A stretch of 56,890 bases of DNA from Syntrophomonadaceae bacterium. GTDB taxonomy: Bacteria > Bacillota > Dethiobacteria > DTU022. The notes below the pieces were generated by a model. That model saw only the letters and a list, made by a program, of their open reading frames with translations. It was not told the origin of the DNA and searched no databases. The translations under genes were made by a program, and so were the position numbers. Within the stretch, counting starts at the first letter, position 1. Each line of letters starts with the position of its first letter. Positions 18,946-29,442 of the stretch are shown here, in pieces. The stretch lies in contig PWGX01000008.1 of the NCBI GenBank assembly GCA_003554615.1, positions 1 to 56,890 on the forward strand. Direction: 5' to 3'.

Positions 18946-21025
18946 TATTTTTGACCGGTCTGTCTCATTTAAAGACAACGTCCGGTTGCAAAAACTTGTC
19001 CTGGTTGCTGTCCTCTTTTTTACTGTCTACCTGATCCTGGTTGTAGTCAGCATGCCGGCACGCCTGGATATATCGGTTGGCAGGCCCAGCCCCAGGACTA
19101 TTTATGCTCCCCGCGATGCTGAGGATTCATATGCTACTGAGCAGTTGCGCGAGGAGGCAGCCGAAAACGTGCCCGAAGTTTATGACTATGATCCCCTGGC
19201 CCTGGAAGGAGCTCTGGCGGAGATAGATCGATTTTTTGATCAAGTCGTGGAGATTAACGACATGAACGATGAACTGGAAACTGCAGACAAGGTGGAGATG
19301 ATCCAGGACCTCCTGCCCGAGGAAGTGGCGGCCGATACAGCGGCATCCCTGCTCACCAGCGAGGGCAACCTGAGGGATCTGCAGGAACGGTTGAATAATT
19401 CAGTCAGGGAAGTATTTGAAAATGGCATCAAAGAAAACGAAGTTGAGGCAGTCAGAAGAAGGCTTAGCCAGGAAATAGCTCTTTACCCTTCCAGTCCCGG
19501 TTTGAAGAGGGTTGCTGAAATCCTGGTGAACCCCCTGGTTGAGGTCAACCAATTTTATAATGAAGAAGCGACGGAAGAGGCAAGAGAACGAGCCCGTGAA
19601 GAAGTAGAACCGGTTATTATCATGCGCAACACCCTTATTGTCAGCGAAGGCGAGCCGGTTACCGAGCACCAGTATTCCCAGCTGGAAGATCTGGGTCTGA
19701 TCAGGGGGCATAGGGCTGATTACCCCGCCTATATCGGTCTATTTCTGCTTCTTGTGATCGTATTTGTGCTGGTGGGCATTTATATGTCCATTTTTGCCAA
19801 GGAAGTGTTTGTCAGCCCCAGGCTCCTCATGTTGATGGGGATAGTATTTTTGATCACCCTTCTGTTCTGCGTAGCGGCCAACTATTTTTCCGGATACCTG
19901 ATCCCGGTGGCTATCGGGGTGATCCTGATTACAGTAATGTTTGGTTACAAACTGGCCCTGATTATTAACCTGATCCTTGTCCTGACAGTGGGTCTGATTA
20001 CCGGGGGCAACTTTTCATATATGACGGTTGCCCTGACCGGGGGCCTTGTTTCAATATATGCCGTTACCAGGCTGAGCCAGACAAGCGACCTGGCCCGGGC
20101 CGGGTTCTTTGTAGCTGTGACCAATGCCTTTGTTATCATATCCACCTACCTTTTCTTCGGCAATGTCAGCCTGGAATATGACTCTTTGATTAACTTCAGT
20201 TACAGCATGATGGCCGGGATTGGAAGCGGCATATTCTCAGCTGTTGTCGCTATTGGTTTACTGCCGTACCTGGAAAGTTTCTTCGGGGTTACCACGGCCA
20301 TTACTTTGCTGGAATTATCAAACCCCAACCATCCGCTCTTGAAAGAAATGCTTTTAAAAGCACCGGGTACCTATTATCACAGCATGATGGTGTCCAACCT
20401 GGCCGAATCGGCTGCGGAAACAGTTAATGCCGATGCCCTGCTGACCAGGGTGGGTGCCTATTATCATGATATCGGCAAACTTAAAAGACCCTATTTTTTC
20501 TCGGAAAACCAGTTATCGGGCGATAACCCCCATACAAGGCTTACGCCAAATTTGAGTTCCCTGGTGATCAGTTCCCATCCCAAGGACGGGTTGGAGATTG
20601 GCAGGAAACACCGTCTGCCGGAGCCGATTCTCGAGATCGTGGCCCAGCATCATGGCAGCAGCATGGTTTCGTTCTTTTATCAGAAGGCCCTGGAAAGCGG
20701 CACCCAGGAAAAAGTATCTATGGACAAATTCCGCTATGAAGGGCCGAAACCGCAATCCAAGGAAGCGGCAATTGTTATGCTGGCCGACGCCGTCGAAGCG
20801 GGAGTCCGCTCCCTTAATAAGCCTTCCAGCAGCAGGGTGGAAACGATGGTTCGGCGGATGATCAAGGATAAACTTGAAGACGGCCAGCTGGATCAATCCG
20901 ATTTGACCCTGAAAGAACTGGATCAGATCGCAGAATCTTTTATCTATATTATGTCGGGGATTTATCATCAGCGGATAGAGTACCCGGAAAAAACCCTCAA
21001 AGCGGAACTGGAAAGCGGAACCTAA
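18920..21025 (+). CDS. pgpH: 7TM-HD phosphohydrolase (PgpH-like c-di-AMP phosphodiesterase)
   Basis: Extracellular domain, 7TM block, APGTYYHS, YYHDIGK, QHHG, MLADAVEA; conserved phoH-pgpH-ybeY order. Confidence 0.85.
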   Translation: MKKKTRLSDIFDRSVSFKDNVRLQKLVLVAVLFFTVYLILVVVSMPARLDISVGRPSPRTIYAPRDAEDSYATEQLREEAAENVPEVYDYDPLALEGALAEIDRFFDQVVEINDMNDELETADKVEMIQDLLPEEVAADTAASLLTSEGNLRDLQERLNNSVREVFENGIKENEVEAVRRRLSQEIALYPSSPGLKRVAEILVNPLVEVNQFYNEEATEEARERAREEVEPVIIMRNTLIVSEGEPVTEHQYSQLEDLGLIRGHRADYPAYIGLFLLLVIVFVLVGIYMSIFAKEVFVSPRLLMLMGIVFLITLLFCVAANYFSGYLIPVAIGVILITVMFGYKLALIINLILVLTVGLITGGNFSYMTVALTGGLVSIYAVTRLSQTSDLARAGFFVAVTNAFVIISTYLFFGNVSLEYDSLINFSYSMMAGIGSGIFSAVVAIGLLPYLESFFGVTTAITLLELSNPNHPLLKEMLLKAPGTYYHSMMVSNLAESAAETVNADALLTRVGAYYHDIGKLKRPYFFSENQLSGDNPHTRLTPNLSSLVISSHPKDGLEIGRKHRLPEPILEIVAQHHGSSMVSFFYQKALESGTQEKVSMDKFRYEGPKPQSKEAAIVMLADAVEAGVRSLNKPSSSRVETMVRRMIKDKLEDGQLDQSDLTLKELDQIAESFIYIMSGIYHQRIEYPEKTLKAELESGT

Positions 21026-21043
21026 GCATGAAGGGAGCGCTGT

Positions 21044-21502
21044 ATGGTAGTGGGCTTATATATTAACTGTCTGAACGAGGATTACAGGTTATCCAAACTC
21101 TTGACTGATGCGTTAACAGCAAACGTTGAGCGAATCTTGGAAGAATATAATCTTTCCGGCGGCGAGGTTGGTTTGATCCTGGTTGATGATCGGTATATAA
21201 GGTCGCTTAATAAACAGTACCGGGATAAAGATGCCCCCACTGATGTACTCTCATTCTCTTTTCTTGAACCTGACAGCGCAGACAGTGCCGGTGATAAGGA
21301 ATTTGCCGTGGGCGATATTTATGTCTCGGTGGACAGGGCCCGCGGGCAGGCACTAGATGCCGGGCACAGCCTGGAAAGAGAAATTATCCTTCTTGCCGTT
21401 CATGGCCTGCTTCATCTTCTTGGATACGATCACGAAGAGGAAGAAGAAAAGCAGCTGATGCAAAATAAAGAGCGAGAAATAATCGAACGATTTGACTTTT
21501 AG
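21044..21502 (+). CDS. ybeY: rRNA maturation endoribonuclease YbeY
   Basis: LNKQYR..D.PTDVLSF, HGLLHLLGYDH. Confidence 0.95.
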   Translation: MVVGLYINCLNEDYRLSKLLTDALTANVERILEEYNLSGGEVGLILVDDRYIRSLNKQYRDKDAPTDVLSFSFLEPDSADSAGDKEFAVGDIYVSVDRARGQALDAGHSLEREIILLAVHGLLHLLGYDHEEEEEKQLMQNKEREIIERFDF

Positions 21503-21520
21503 GCAGGCGGTGGGAGCAGG

Positions 21521-21898
21521 ATGCAAAAGGTACTTTTCAGCCTTAAGAATGCCTGTATAGGCCTGAGGCACTGCTTTTGTACCCAGCGCAATATGGTTGT
21601 ACATGCAGTTATCGGCGCCGTTGTGCTTTTAACGGCATTTTACCTGCATATACCGCTTACCGGAATGCTTTTTTTGCTCACAGCAATTATGGCTGTTATG
21701 GTAACAGAAGTGCTTAATACCGCCCTTGAACAGGTGATTGACCTGTTTACTACAGAGCGCAATTACTTTGCCCAAAAAGCAAAAGATCTAGCCGCCGGGG
21801 CCGTCCTGCTCACCTCTTTGTTTGCTGTCGTGGTGGGCCTGTGTATCCTTGGACCGCCCCTGCTGGAGCTGTTCAGGGACTTTTTGCTGCTTTATTAG
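21521..21898 (+). CDS. dgkA: diacylglycerol/undecaprenol kinase
   Basis: EVLNTALEQVID, AKDLAAGAV, three TM segments. Confidence 0.9.
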   Translation: MQKVLFSLKNACIGLRHCFCTQRNMVVHAVIGAVVLLTAFYLHIPLTGMLFLLTAIMAVMVTEVLNTALEQVIDLFTTERNYFAQKAKDLAAGAVLLTSLFAVVVGLCILGPPLLELFRDFLLLY

Positions 21899-21909
21899 GA
21901 GGTGGAATT

Positions 21910-22737
21910 ATGCTAAATGAAAGCCTCCTGGCAACGGCGCGGGCGGCCAGGATCAGGGCTTATGCCCCTTATTCCGGATTTCCGGTCGGCGCCGCCCTGC
22001 TTACTGAAGAAGGCGCGGTTATAACCGGGGCAAATGTTGAAAATTCTTCTTCCGGCATGACTGTTTGCGCTGAAAGGGCAGCTGTCATGGCGGCAGTCCA
22101 TGCCGGTTACCGTTCCTTTAAAAAAATTGCCGTTGTGGCCGATTGTTCGCCGCCTCCTTCTCCCTGTGGGGCCTGCAGGCAGGTTTTATGGGAATTGGCC
22201 GGCCCTGTTGAAGTAATTATGGGGAACCTGGAGAATGAAATATTGACGGAATCGCTGCAGGATTTATACCCCAACCCCTTTGGTTGTGGGAAGTGGATTG
22301 ATAATCCTGTGGATGAGAGTTTGTTTAATTCTGTGGAAGGCTGGCGGATACCGGTATCTTTTCATCCAATCGGTTACGTGGCCAATGATTTTAATGATTC
22401 CGATCATATTCCCGGCAATTACAAAGAGCTGCTGTCCAGGGTTGTCATCGCCCCGGAATTTGAAGAAGGCCTTTACCGGATCGAGGAAGAAGAGAAAATA
22501 AATATCATATCTTACCTGCACCGGGCCCGGGGATATACATTGAAAGGCAGGCGGCCGGGCCGGGGAAACGAAGTTTACGGCGTTTTTGTCTGCCGGGCTC
22601 CTTTAAGGCCCAATTCCATTGCCCAGACCACGGTAGACCTGGTTGACAGGGACAATAATGTTCTGACAGTGAGAGGTGCGGATCTGGCCAACGGGACGCC
22701 GATCCTTGATTTGAAGACGATCATGCCGGGCAATTAA
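21910..22737 (+). CDS. cdd: cytidine deaminase fused to a C-terminal TsaA/TrmO-like SAM-binding domain
   Basis: N-domain AYAPYS.FPVGAA, NVEN, CAER, PCGACRQ; C-domain (from ~22360) HPIGYV, EEGL..IE, GVF..RAP.RPNSI, DLANGTPILDLK; ATG 21910 after AGGAGG. Confidence 0.88.
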   Translation: MLNESLLATARAARIRAYAPYSGFPVGAALLTEEGAVITGANVENSSSGMTVCAERAAVMAAVHAGYRSFKKIAVVADCSPPPSPCGACRQVLWELAGPVEVIMGNLENEILTESLQDLYPNPFGCGKWIDNPVDESLFNSVEGWRIPVSFHPIGYVANDFNDSDHIPGNYKELLSRVVIAPEFEEGLYRIEEEEKINIISYLHRARGYTLKGRRPGRGNEVYGVFVCRAPLRPNSIAQTTVDLVDRDNNVLTVRGADLANGTPILDLKTIMPGN

Positions 22738-22756
22738 ACGGCGGCCTTCACTGCTC

Positions 22757-22784
22757 TTGCCGATCATCATTGCAGTGGTATAAT
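22757..22784 (+). promoter_or_regulatory. putative sigmaA promoter for era
   Basis: TTGCCG-N16-TATAAT with extended -10 TG. Confidence 0.5.
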
Positions 22785-22843
22785 TATTTCGCGATACCCT
22801 GATCCACGATAGCAGCAGAGAGAAGAAAAGAAGGGTTATAACT

Positions 22844-23731
22844 ATGCACCGTTCGGGTTTTGTGGCCTTGATTGGCCGGCCTAATGTCGGAAAATCGACC
22901 TTGCTCAATGCCCTGGTCAAAGAGAAAGTGGCTATTATATCTGAACGCCCCCAGACCACGAGGAATCAAATCAGGGCGGTATTGACCAGGCCTGAAGATC
23001 AACTGATCTTTATAGATACGCCCGGCCTGCACAAACCGAAGCATAAGCTTGGCTCGGCGATGGTCCAAAAAGCTCGCAATACAATCCACGAGGTGGATCT
23101 GATTTACTTTATTGTTGAAGCCCATTATCCACCGGGCGGGGGAGACCATTACATAGCTGAGATCCTGCAAAATTCTGTCACCCCTGTATTTTTAATCATG
23201 AACAAAACTGACCTTGCAGCGCCGGAAAAGCTCGATACCCACAGGGATCTATATCAGAGGCTGTGTCCTTTCACAGAGCATTTTTCCGTTTCTGCCCTTC
23301 AAGGTCATAATTTGGCGTATTTGGTGGAAACCACCGCTTCGTATTTTCCGGAAGGGCCGCAATACTATCCTCCGGATATGGTTACCGATCAACCGGAACG
23401 CTTTATTGCCGCGGAAATTATCCGGGAAAAGCTTATTACCCTGACCAGGCAGGAAATCCCCTTTTCCGTAGCAGTGGTCATCGAAGAAATGAAGCCCAGG
23501 GAAGATGGCGAATTACTTGACATTTGGGCGGAAATATACGTGGAAAGGAAATCCCAGGTAGGAATAATTGTTGGTAAAGGCGGGGCCATGCTAAAGGAGG
23601 CCGGAACCAGGGCCAGGCAGGAACTGGAGGCCCTGTTCGGACAGCATATTTTTCTTGACCTGAGGGTTAAAGTGAAGCGAGAATGGCGCAATCGCGATGA
23701 GGAATTGCGCCGCCTGGGTTACAGCGACTAA
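22844..23731 (+). CDS. era: GTPase Era
   Basis: GRPNVGKSTL, QTTRN, DTPG, NKTD, KH-domain GKGG. Confidence 0.97.
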   Translation: MHRSGFVALIGRPNVGKSTLLNALVKEKVAIISERPQTTRNQIRAVLTRPEDQLIFIDTPGLHKPKHKLGSAMVQKARNTIHEVDLIYFIVEAHYPPGGGDHYIAEILQNSVTPVFLIMNKTDLAAPEKLDTHRDLYQRLCPFTEHFSVSALQGHNLAYLVETTASYFPEGPQYYPPDMVTDQPERFIAAEIIREKLITLTRQEIPFSVAVVIEEMKPREDGELLDIWAEIYVERKSQVGIIVGKGGAMLKEAGTRARQELEALFGQHIFLDLRVKVKREWRNRDEELRRLGYSD

Positions 23732-23750
23732 AAAGGACTGGGGAGAAAAA

Positions 23751-24482
23751 ATGGCCGGCCGAATATTTAAAGATGAAGGCCTTGTGCTGCGGACCCGGAT
23801 CCTCGGTGAAGCGGACCGCCTGGTCACCCTGCTGACCTGCGGAGGAGGGAAGTTTGAAGCCGTGGCCCGGGGCGCCCGTAAAATGAAAAGCAAACTGGCG
23901 GCCGGGATTGACCTTTTTACCCGCGGTGAATACACTTTTCACCGGGGCAAAACATGGCCGATTGTTACGGGACAGTTTCCCCTGGAACGATTTTTATGGT
24001 TCAGGGAAGACCCGGAGCTTTATCCTTACGGCCTTTACCTGGCCGAACTGACTGACCGCCTTGTCGCTGGAGAAGAACCGTCCCCGGAGCTTTACCGGCT
24101 GCTGCTCGAAGGATGGCGCCTTTTGGGCAAAAATTGTGATCGGGTGCTGGTTTTAAGAGCTTTTGAGCTTAAATTTGCCCATTACCTGGGATACAGTCCC
24201 GGCTTGCATTATTGTGCGGGATGCGGTTCCTCAGATACCGGCGGTTTTAGTCCAAGGGAAGGCAGCCTGTTATGCTTAGAGTGCCGTCCCGCTGATTATA
24301 TCAACCTGGACAGCGGCACGATTGCCCTGGCCCGGCGCTTGCTGGAAACCCCGCTGCAGCAGGTGGCCATGATCAGGCCGAGCGGCCGGCAAAAGGAAGA
24401 ACTGGCCCGGATGAATAACAGTTTTTTTGCGTATCATCTTGATCTGGGTGAATTAAAATCGAAGCGGCTGTTGAAGGAGTAA
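23751..24482 (+). CDS. recO: DNA repair protein RecO
   Basis: GEADRLVTLLT, ARGARK, FELK, CAGC/CLEC zinc finger; ATG 23751. Confidence 0.93.
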   Translation: MAGRIFKDEGLVLRTRILGEADRLVTLLTCGGGKFEAVARGARKMKSKLAAGIDLFTRGEYTFHRGKTWPIVTGQFPLERFLWFREDPELYPYGLYLAELTDRLVAGEEPSPELYRLLLEGWRLLGKNCDRVLVLRAFELKFAHYLGYSPGLHYCAGCGSSDTGGFSPREGSLLCLECRPADYINLDSGTIALARRLLETPLQQVAMIRPSGRQKEELARMNNSFFAYHLDLGELKSKRLLKE

Positions 24483-24559
24483 TTTTAGCGGCTGATAGGT
24501 AAAGACCTGCTGAAGAGCCGGCAGCAAAGGCTCTCGCCGGATAAAGGGGGATAACAGGA

Positions 24560-25027
24560 ATGAAAGTCGGAATAATAATTTACTCACAGACCGGGCACAC
24601 CAGGGAAGTCGCCGGCCTGCTGCAGCAAAATCTTGCAGAAAAAGGACACCAGGCCAGTATCGAAGAGATTACTATTAACGGTAAAACGCCCGCCCAACCG
24701 GGGCAGTTCGAGTTTTTGACCAAACCTGATCCGGTTCAGTATGATGCTGTGATCTTTGGCTCTCCGGTTCAAGCATTTAACCTCAACCCGGTCATGAGGG
24801 CCTACCTGGATCAGCTGCCATCGCTGCGCGGCAAAGAAGCGGCCTGCTTTATAACCAAGCAGCTTCCCGTAAAGTGGAGCGGCGGGACCCAGGCTGTTGG
24901 TAAAATCAAGTCCGCCTGCGAAGCGAAAGGGGCGATGGTTAAAGGTGCGGAAATTGTCTTTTGGACAGAAGGCAAACGCACCGAAAGCATTAATAAAGCC
25001 GTTGAAACCCTGGGCGGGTTATTTTAA
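24560..25027 (+). CDS. flavodoxin-family protein
   Basis: IIYSQTGHT FMN loop, YDAVIFGSPV, LRGKEAACFIT. Confidence 0.8.
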   Translation: MKVGIIIYSQTGHTREVAGLLQQNLAEKGHQASIEEITINGKTPAQPGQFEFLTKPDPVQYDAVIFGSPVQAFNLNPVMRAYLDQLPSLRGKEAACFITKQLPVKWSGGTQAVGKIKSACEAKGAMVKGAEIVFWTEGKRTESINKAVETLGGLF

Positions 25028-25123
25028 TCCGGATTATTCACAATCTGCCTGTTCATTTTTTAGTCATTATATATTATTCGGGATGCAGCGCTGTTCATGA
25101 TTAATTGGCAGGGCAAATATGAC

Positions 25124-25152
25124 TTGACAATGATGTGGCCAGTTGTTAGTAT
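25124..25152 (+). promoter_or_regulatory. sigmaA promoter of the glyQS leader
   Basis: TTGACA-N17-TAGTAT with extended -10 TG. Confidence 0.7.
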
Positions 25153-25174
25153 CTTTATAATCAAATAGGTATTT

Positions 25175-25386
25175 GGCAAAGATGGAAAGAAGTAACCGGA
25201 TCAATCCTTTTTAGCAGCGAGTCGGAGTTGGTGGGAGACCGGCAGGAAATTCGGTGAATGGCGTTCCTGAGCCAATCCCCAATTAAGCGGGTCGTGTCTT
25301 GATGGAAGCACGGCCAAGTAGGGTGGAACCGCGGGAACATCTCCCGTCCCTATGGCTTTTGAAAGCCACAGGGTGGGAGATTTTTA
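25175..25386 (+). promoter_or_regulatory. glycine T-box riboswitch
   Basis: Stem I with AGUA and distal-loop motifs, GGC specifier at 25260-25262, T-box AAGTAGGGTGGAACCGCG (25316-25333), terminator 25339-25385; precedes glyQS. Confidence 0.92.
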
Positions 25387-25389
25387 TAT

Positions 25390-25431
25390 GCTGTAAGCAT
25401 GCTCAAAGTAGCTGTAAGCATGCTCAAAGTA
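25390..25431. repeat. perfect 21-bp tandem duplication
   Basis: GCTGTAAGCATGCTCAAAGTA twice (25390-25410, 25411-25431). Confidence 0.95.
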
Positions 25432-25446
25432 AAGGAGGAATTTTTT

Positions 25447-26328
25447 TTGGACTTACAGACACTGATGATCAAATTCCAGGATTACTGGGCCTCACGCGGT
25501 TGCCTGATCTGGCAGCCCTATGATGTCGAAAAAGGGGCGGGAACCATGAACCCGGCAACTTTTTTAAAATCGCTGGGGCCTGAGCCGTGGTCGGTAGCTT
25601 ACGTGGAACCGTCCAGGAGGCCTGCGGACGGCCGGTACGGCGAAAACCCGAACCGCCTCTATCAGCACCTGCAGTACCAGGTCATAATTAAGCCCACGCC
25701 GGCGGATATCCAACAGCAGTACCTGGACAGCCTGGCCTACCTGGGTCTTGACCCGTTGGAGCATGATATCCGTTTTGTAGAAGACAACTGGGAAGCCCCG
25801 ACCCTCGGGGCCTGGGGCCTGGGCTGGGAAGTATGGCTGGACGGTATGGAAATTACCCAGTTTACATATTTTCAGCAAGTAGGCGGCTATGATGTGGAAG
25901 AAGTCCCGGTAGAGCTGACCTACGGGCTGGAAAGGATCGCCATGTACCTGCAGGATCGCGATAACGTTTTTGATCTGATCTGGACCGGGAACATTACCTA
26001 CGGCGAAGTATATAAAAGAGTGGAGTGGGAGCAATCCAGTTACAGTTTTGATTATGCTGACCGGGAGCTTTTATTTAAGCTGTTTGGGTTGTACGAAACC
26101 GAGGCCAAGCGGCTGCTGGAATTGAACCTGGTCTACCCGGCTTATGATTATATTTTGAAGTGTTCGCATACTTTCAACAACCTTGATGCCAGGGGGGCGA
26201 TCAGCGTTACTGAAAGAGCCGCCTATATTGGCCGGGTCCGGACCCTGGCCAGGCTTTGTGCCGAATGTTACCTGGAGCAGCGTGAAGCTGCCGGATACCC
26301 GTTAATGGCTGGAGGTGGAGTTAAGTGA
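25447..26328 (+). CDS. glyQ: glycine--tRNA ligase alpha subunit
   Basis: [36 protein letters not shown]; TTG 25447 after AAGGAGG. Confidence 0.97.
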   Translation: MDLQTLMIKFQDYWASRGCLIWQPYDVEKGAGTMNPATFLKSLGPEPWSVAYVEPSRRPADGRYGENPNRLYQHLQYQVIIKPTPADIQQQYLDSLAYLGLDPLEHDIRFVEDNWEAPTLGAWGLGWEVWLDGMEITQFTYFQQVGGYDVEEVPVELTYGLERIAMYLQDRDNVFDLIWTGNITYGEVYKRVEWEQSSYSFDYADRELLFKLFGLYETEAKRLLELNLVYPAYDYILKCSHTFNNLDARGAISVTERAAYIGRVRTLARLCAECYLEQREAAGYPLMAGGGVK

Positions 26329-28403
26329 CAGTAAACAGAGATTTTTTAATGGAGATCGGATGCGAGGAGATTCCGTCCCGGTTCTTGCCGGGGGCCATGG
26401 AACAGCTGGAACAGGGCGCCGCTTCCCTCCTGGAAGAAAAAAGGCTCGGGTACGGAAAAATTGAAACTTTTGCCACTCCCCGCCGCCTGGTTGTGTTGAT
26501 CAAAGATCTGGATTCTGAGCAGGCTGACCTGGTGGAAAAGATCAAGGGTCCTCCCGTGGACAAGGCCTATGATGAAAAGGGCGAACCAACCAGGGCCCTG
26601 CACGGGTTTGTTAAGAACCAGGATATTACCATGGAACAGGTGGAAGAAGAAGTAATTAAAAATGCCCCGTACGTGATGGCCCGTAAAGAGACCCCGGGCC
26701 GGCCGGCCGAAGAGCTTCTTCCGGAACTGATGCCGCAGTTAATAAAGAAACTGTCTTTCCCGAGACCCATGTACTGGCAGAGCAAAGATGTCCGCTTTGC
26801 ACGCCCGATCCGCTGGCTCCTGGCCCTTTACGGCGATAAGCCGGTCCGATTTAGGTTTGCCGGCTTGAAAGCGGATAATAAAACCTACGGTCATCGTTTT
26901 CTGGCTCCGGGCCCATTTGAAATAAGCAATGTGGAAAACTTTTTTGAATGCCTGGAGGAAAACTATATCGTCCTGGACCATAACCGCCGCCGGGATATGA
27001 TCCTGGAACAGCTTAAGGAAAAAGCTGAAGAAATTGGCGGGGTGGCCCTGGTTGACGACGATCTCCTTGAAGAGGTTACTTACCTGGTCGAATACCCTGT
27101 TGCCGTCGATGGTTGGTTTGACGAAGCCTACCTGGACCTTCCTCAGGAAGTGCCCATTACTTCCATGCAGAACCATCAACGTTATTTTCCAATTGTTGAG
27201 AAAGAGAGCGGACGGCTGCTCCCTTATTTTATCGGGATCAGCAATAACCGGTTTAATCCTAATATCCGAAAAGGCTATGCCAAGGTCCTACAGGCCCGCC
27301 TTGCCGACGGGCGGTTCTTCTTTAACGAAGATCGCAAAGAACCGCTGGAAAATTACGTGGAACAGTTGAAAAGCGTGATTTTCCTGGAGTCACTGGGTAA
27401 TCTGGACCAAAAAAGGGCCCGCCTGGTCGACCTGGCCGGCAAGCTGGGAGACGAGCTTAATTTACCGGCGGAAAGGATTGAAAAAACGCAGCGTATTGCC
27501 CACCTTTGCAAGGCCGACCTGGTTACCAGCATGGTCAAGGAGTTTACTGAACTCCAGGGGGTGATGGGCCGAGAATACGCCAGGCTCAGCGGTGAACCGG
27601 AAGAGGTGGCTGTGGGGATATACGAACACTATCTCCCCCGTTACCCGGGAGATGAGCTTCCCTCTTATACCGAATCAGCCCTTGTTTCCCTGGCTGATCG
27701 GCTTGATACCCTGGCCGGATGTTTTGCGATCGGGATTCAGCCCACCGGTTCCCAGGATCCATATGGGCTGCGCAGGCAGGCCCAGGGAGCGGTCAATATC
27801 CTCTTAAACCTGGAACTGGATTTAGCGCTAAACAGTTATATTGGCCACGCCCTCGACGTCCTTTCCGGTGCACTCGAATTAGATTCTGAAAAAAAGCAGC
27901 AGGTTAAACAAAACCTGCAGGATTTTCTGTTCCAGAGGATCCGCTTTGCTTTCCAGGAACGGGGTATAGCTAATGATGTTATCGAGGCTGTCCTGACAGT
28001 GCCTCTTAATACTGTCACTGAGTTATTCAACAGGGCTGCGGTACTGGATCAGCAGCAGCAAGGGCCGCTTTTGAATGATGTAATTGCAGCTTACAACCGG
28101 GTTGCCAACCTGGCCAGGAATGCACCGGGCAGCGAGCCGGATCCCTCCTTACTCGAAGAAGCGGCGGAAAAAGAACTGTATCAGCAGTGGCGGGAAGCCG
28201 AAACCAAATTTAACGGTGCTACCGGTCCTGTTGATAAACTGACAGTCTTGAGAGATTTGAAAAAACCGATTGACAGTTTTTTTGATCATGTGATGGTCAG
28301 GGTTGATAATGAAAAGTTGCGCTCCAACCGCTTAAACCTTCTGTCCGGGGTAACAAAATTGTTTAAACGGCTGGCTGACTTTTCAAAAATGCAAGCTCCT
28401 TAA
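26325..28403 (+). CDS. glyS: glycine--tRNA ligase beta subunit
   Basis: [37 protein letters not shown]. Confidence 0.97.
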   Translation: MTVNRDFLMEIGCEEIPSRFLPGAMEQLEQGAASLLEEKRLGYGKIETFATPRRLVVLIKDLDSEQADLVEKIKGPPVDKAYDEKGEPTRALHGFVKNQDITMEQVEEEVIKNAPYVMARKETPGRPAEELLPELMPQLIKKLSFPRPMYWQSKDVRFARPIRWLLALYGDKPVRFRFAGLKADNKTYGHRFLAPGPFEISNVENFFECLEENYIVLDHNRRRDMILEQLKEKAEEIGGVALVDDDLLEEVTYLVEYPVAVDGWFDEAYLDLPQEVPITSMQNHQRYFPIVEKESGRLLPYFIGISNNRFNPNIRKGYAKVLQARLADGRFFFNEDRKEPLENYVEQLKSVIFLESLGNLDQKRARLVDLAGKLGDELNLPAERIEKTQRIAHLCKADLVTSMVKEFTELQGVMGREYARLSGEPEEVAVGIYEHYLPRYPGDELPSYTESALVSLADRLDTLAGCFAIGIQPTGSQDPYGLRRQAQGAVNILLNLELDLALNSYIGHALDVLSGALELDSEKKQQVKQNLQDFLFQRIRFAFQERGIANDVIEAVLTVPLNTVTELFNRAAVLDQQQQGPLLNDVIAAYNRVANLARNAPGSEPDPSLLEEAAEKELYQQWREAETKFNGATGPVDKLTVLRDLKKPIDSFFDHVMVRVDNEKLRSNRLNLLSGVTKLFKRLADFSKMQAP

Positions 28404-28614
28404 AATAACCGGGTTTTAAGCAGGAACAGGACTGATCTGTATAGTATATTAAGATACAATAAGAAAATAATTGTACCTGTTTGGTATTCGGGAGCCGGGT
28501 TTTCGTGTTCAGGGGTGATAATCACTGAGGCTCCCGTATACTTAACCCAAAAATGGCGGACCTGTTTTTATTCCGGCGATAGTCCTGTTTAAGGTCCAGA
28601 AGAGGGGTTTATGA

Positions 28615-29442
28615 ATGGAATATTCCGGGGAAAAACCGGTAGTATATATAGTATCAGATTCTGTCGGCGAGACGGCTGAATTTGTGGTAAAAGCTGTGGC
28701 CAGCCAGTTTGATTCCGGCGAGATTGAAATGCGCCGGGTTCCTTTTGTTGAAACGAGGGAACAGATTGAAAAAGTTTTTAAGGAAGCAAAAACCTGCAAT
28801 GCTATCATTGCCTATACGATTGTGATCCCCGACCTGCGGCAGATGATTGCTGAAGAAGCCCCCAAACACTCTGTCCTCACCGCCGATATCCTCGGCTCGC
28901 TGATGGGCGCTTTTGCCCGCGCTACCTGTAAAGAACCGCACTTTGAAGCCGGCCGGCTTCGGCAGCTTGATGAGGAATATTTTCGCCGGGTGGCGGCGAT
29001 CGAATTCGCCGTAAAACATGATGACGGCAAAGACCCTCGCGGCCTCCTGGAAGCTGATGTAGTCCTGATCGGCGTTTCCCGCACTTCAAAAACGCCCCTC
29101 AGCATGTACCTTGCTCACCAGGGAATCAAGGTGGCCAACCTGCCGTTGGTTCCTGAGGTGGAACCACCTGAAGAATTGTTCTGGTTCCCGCCGCAGAAAA
29201 TTATGGGTTTGATCATAACCCCCCGCCACCTTCAACAAATCAGGAAGGAGCGCCTCAAGGCGCTGGGCCTTGATGAACACGCTGATTATGGGGCCGTAGG
29301 AAGGATCGAGGAAGAACTCGTTTATGCCCGAAGGCTCATGAAAAAAATTGGCTGTACTATTTTTGAGGTATCCGATAAAGCTGTGGAAGAGGTGGCTAAT
29401 CGGATTATCCGGATGCTCGAAGAAAGAGGAGGCGAAAGTTGA
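28615..29442 (+). CDS. pyruvate phosphate dikinase regulatory kinase/pyrophosphorylase (YqfL/PpsR family)
   Basis: SDSVGETAE, FAVKHDDG, GVSRTSKTPLSMYLA. Confidence 0.93.
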   Translation: MEYSGEKPVVYIVSDSVGETAEFVVKAVASQFDSGEIEMRRVPFVETREQIEKVFKEAKTCNAIIAYTIVIPDLRQMIAEEAPKHSVLTADILGSLMGAFARATCKEPHFEAGRLRQLDEEYFRRVAAIEFAVKHDDGKDPRGLLEADVVLIGVSRTSKTPLSMYLAHQGIKVANLPLVPEVEPPEELFWFPPQKIMGLIITPRHLQQIRKERLKALGLDEHADYGAVGRIEEELVYARRLMKKIGCTIFEVSDKAVEEVANRIIRMLEERGGES

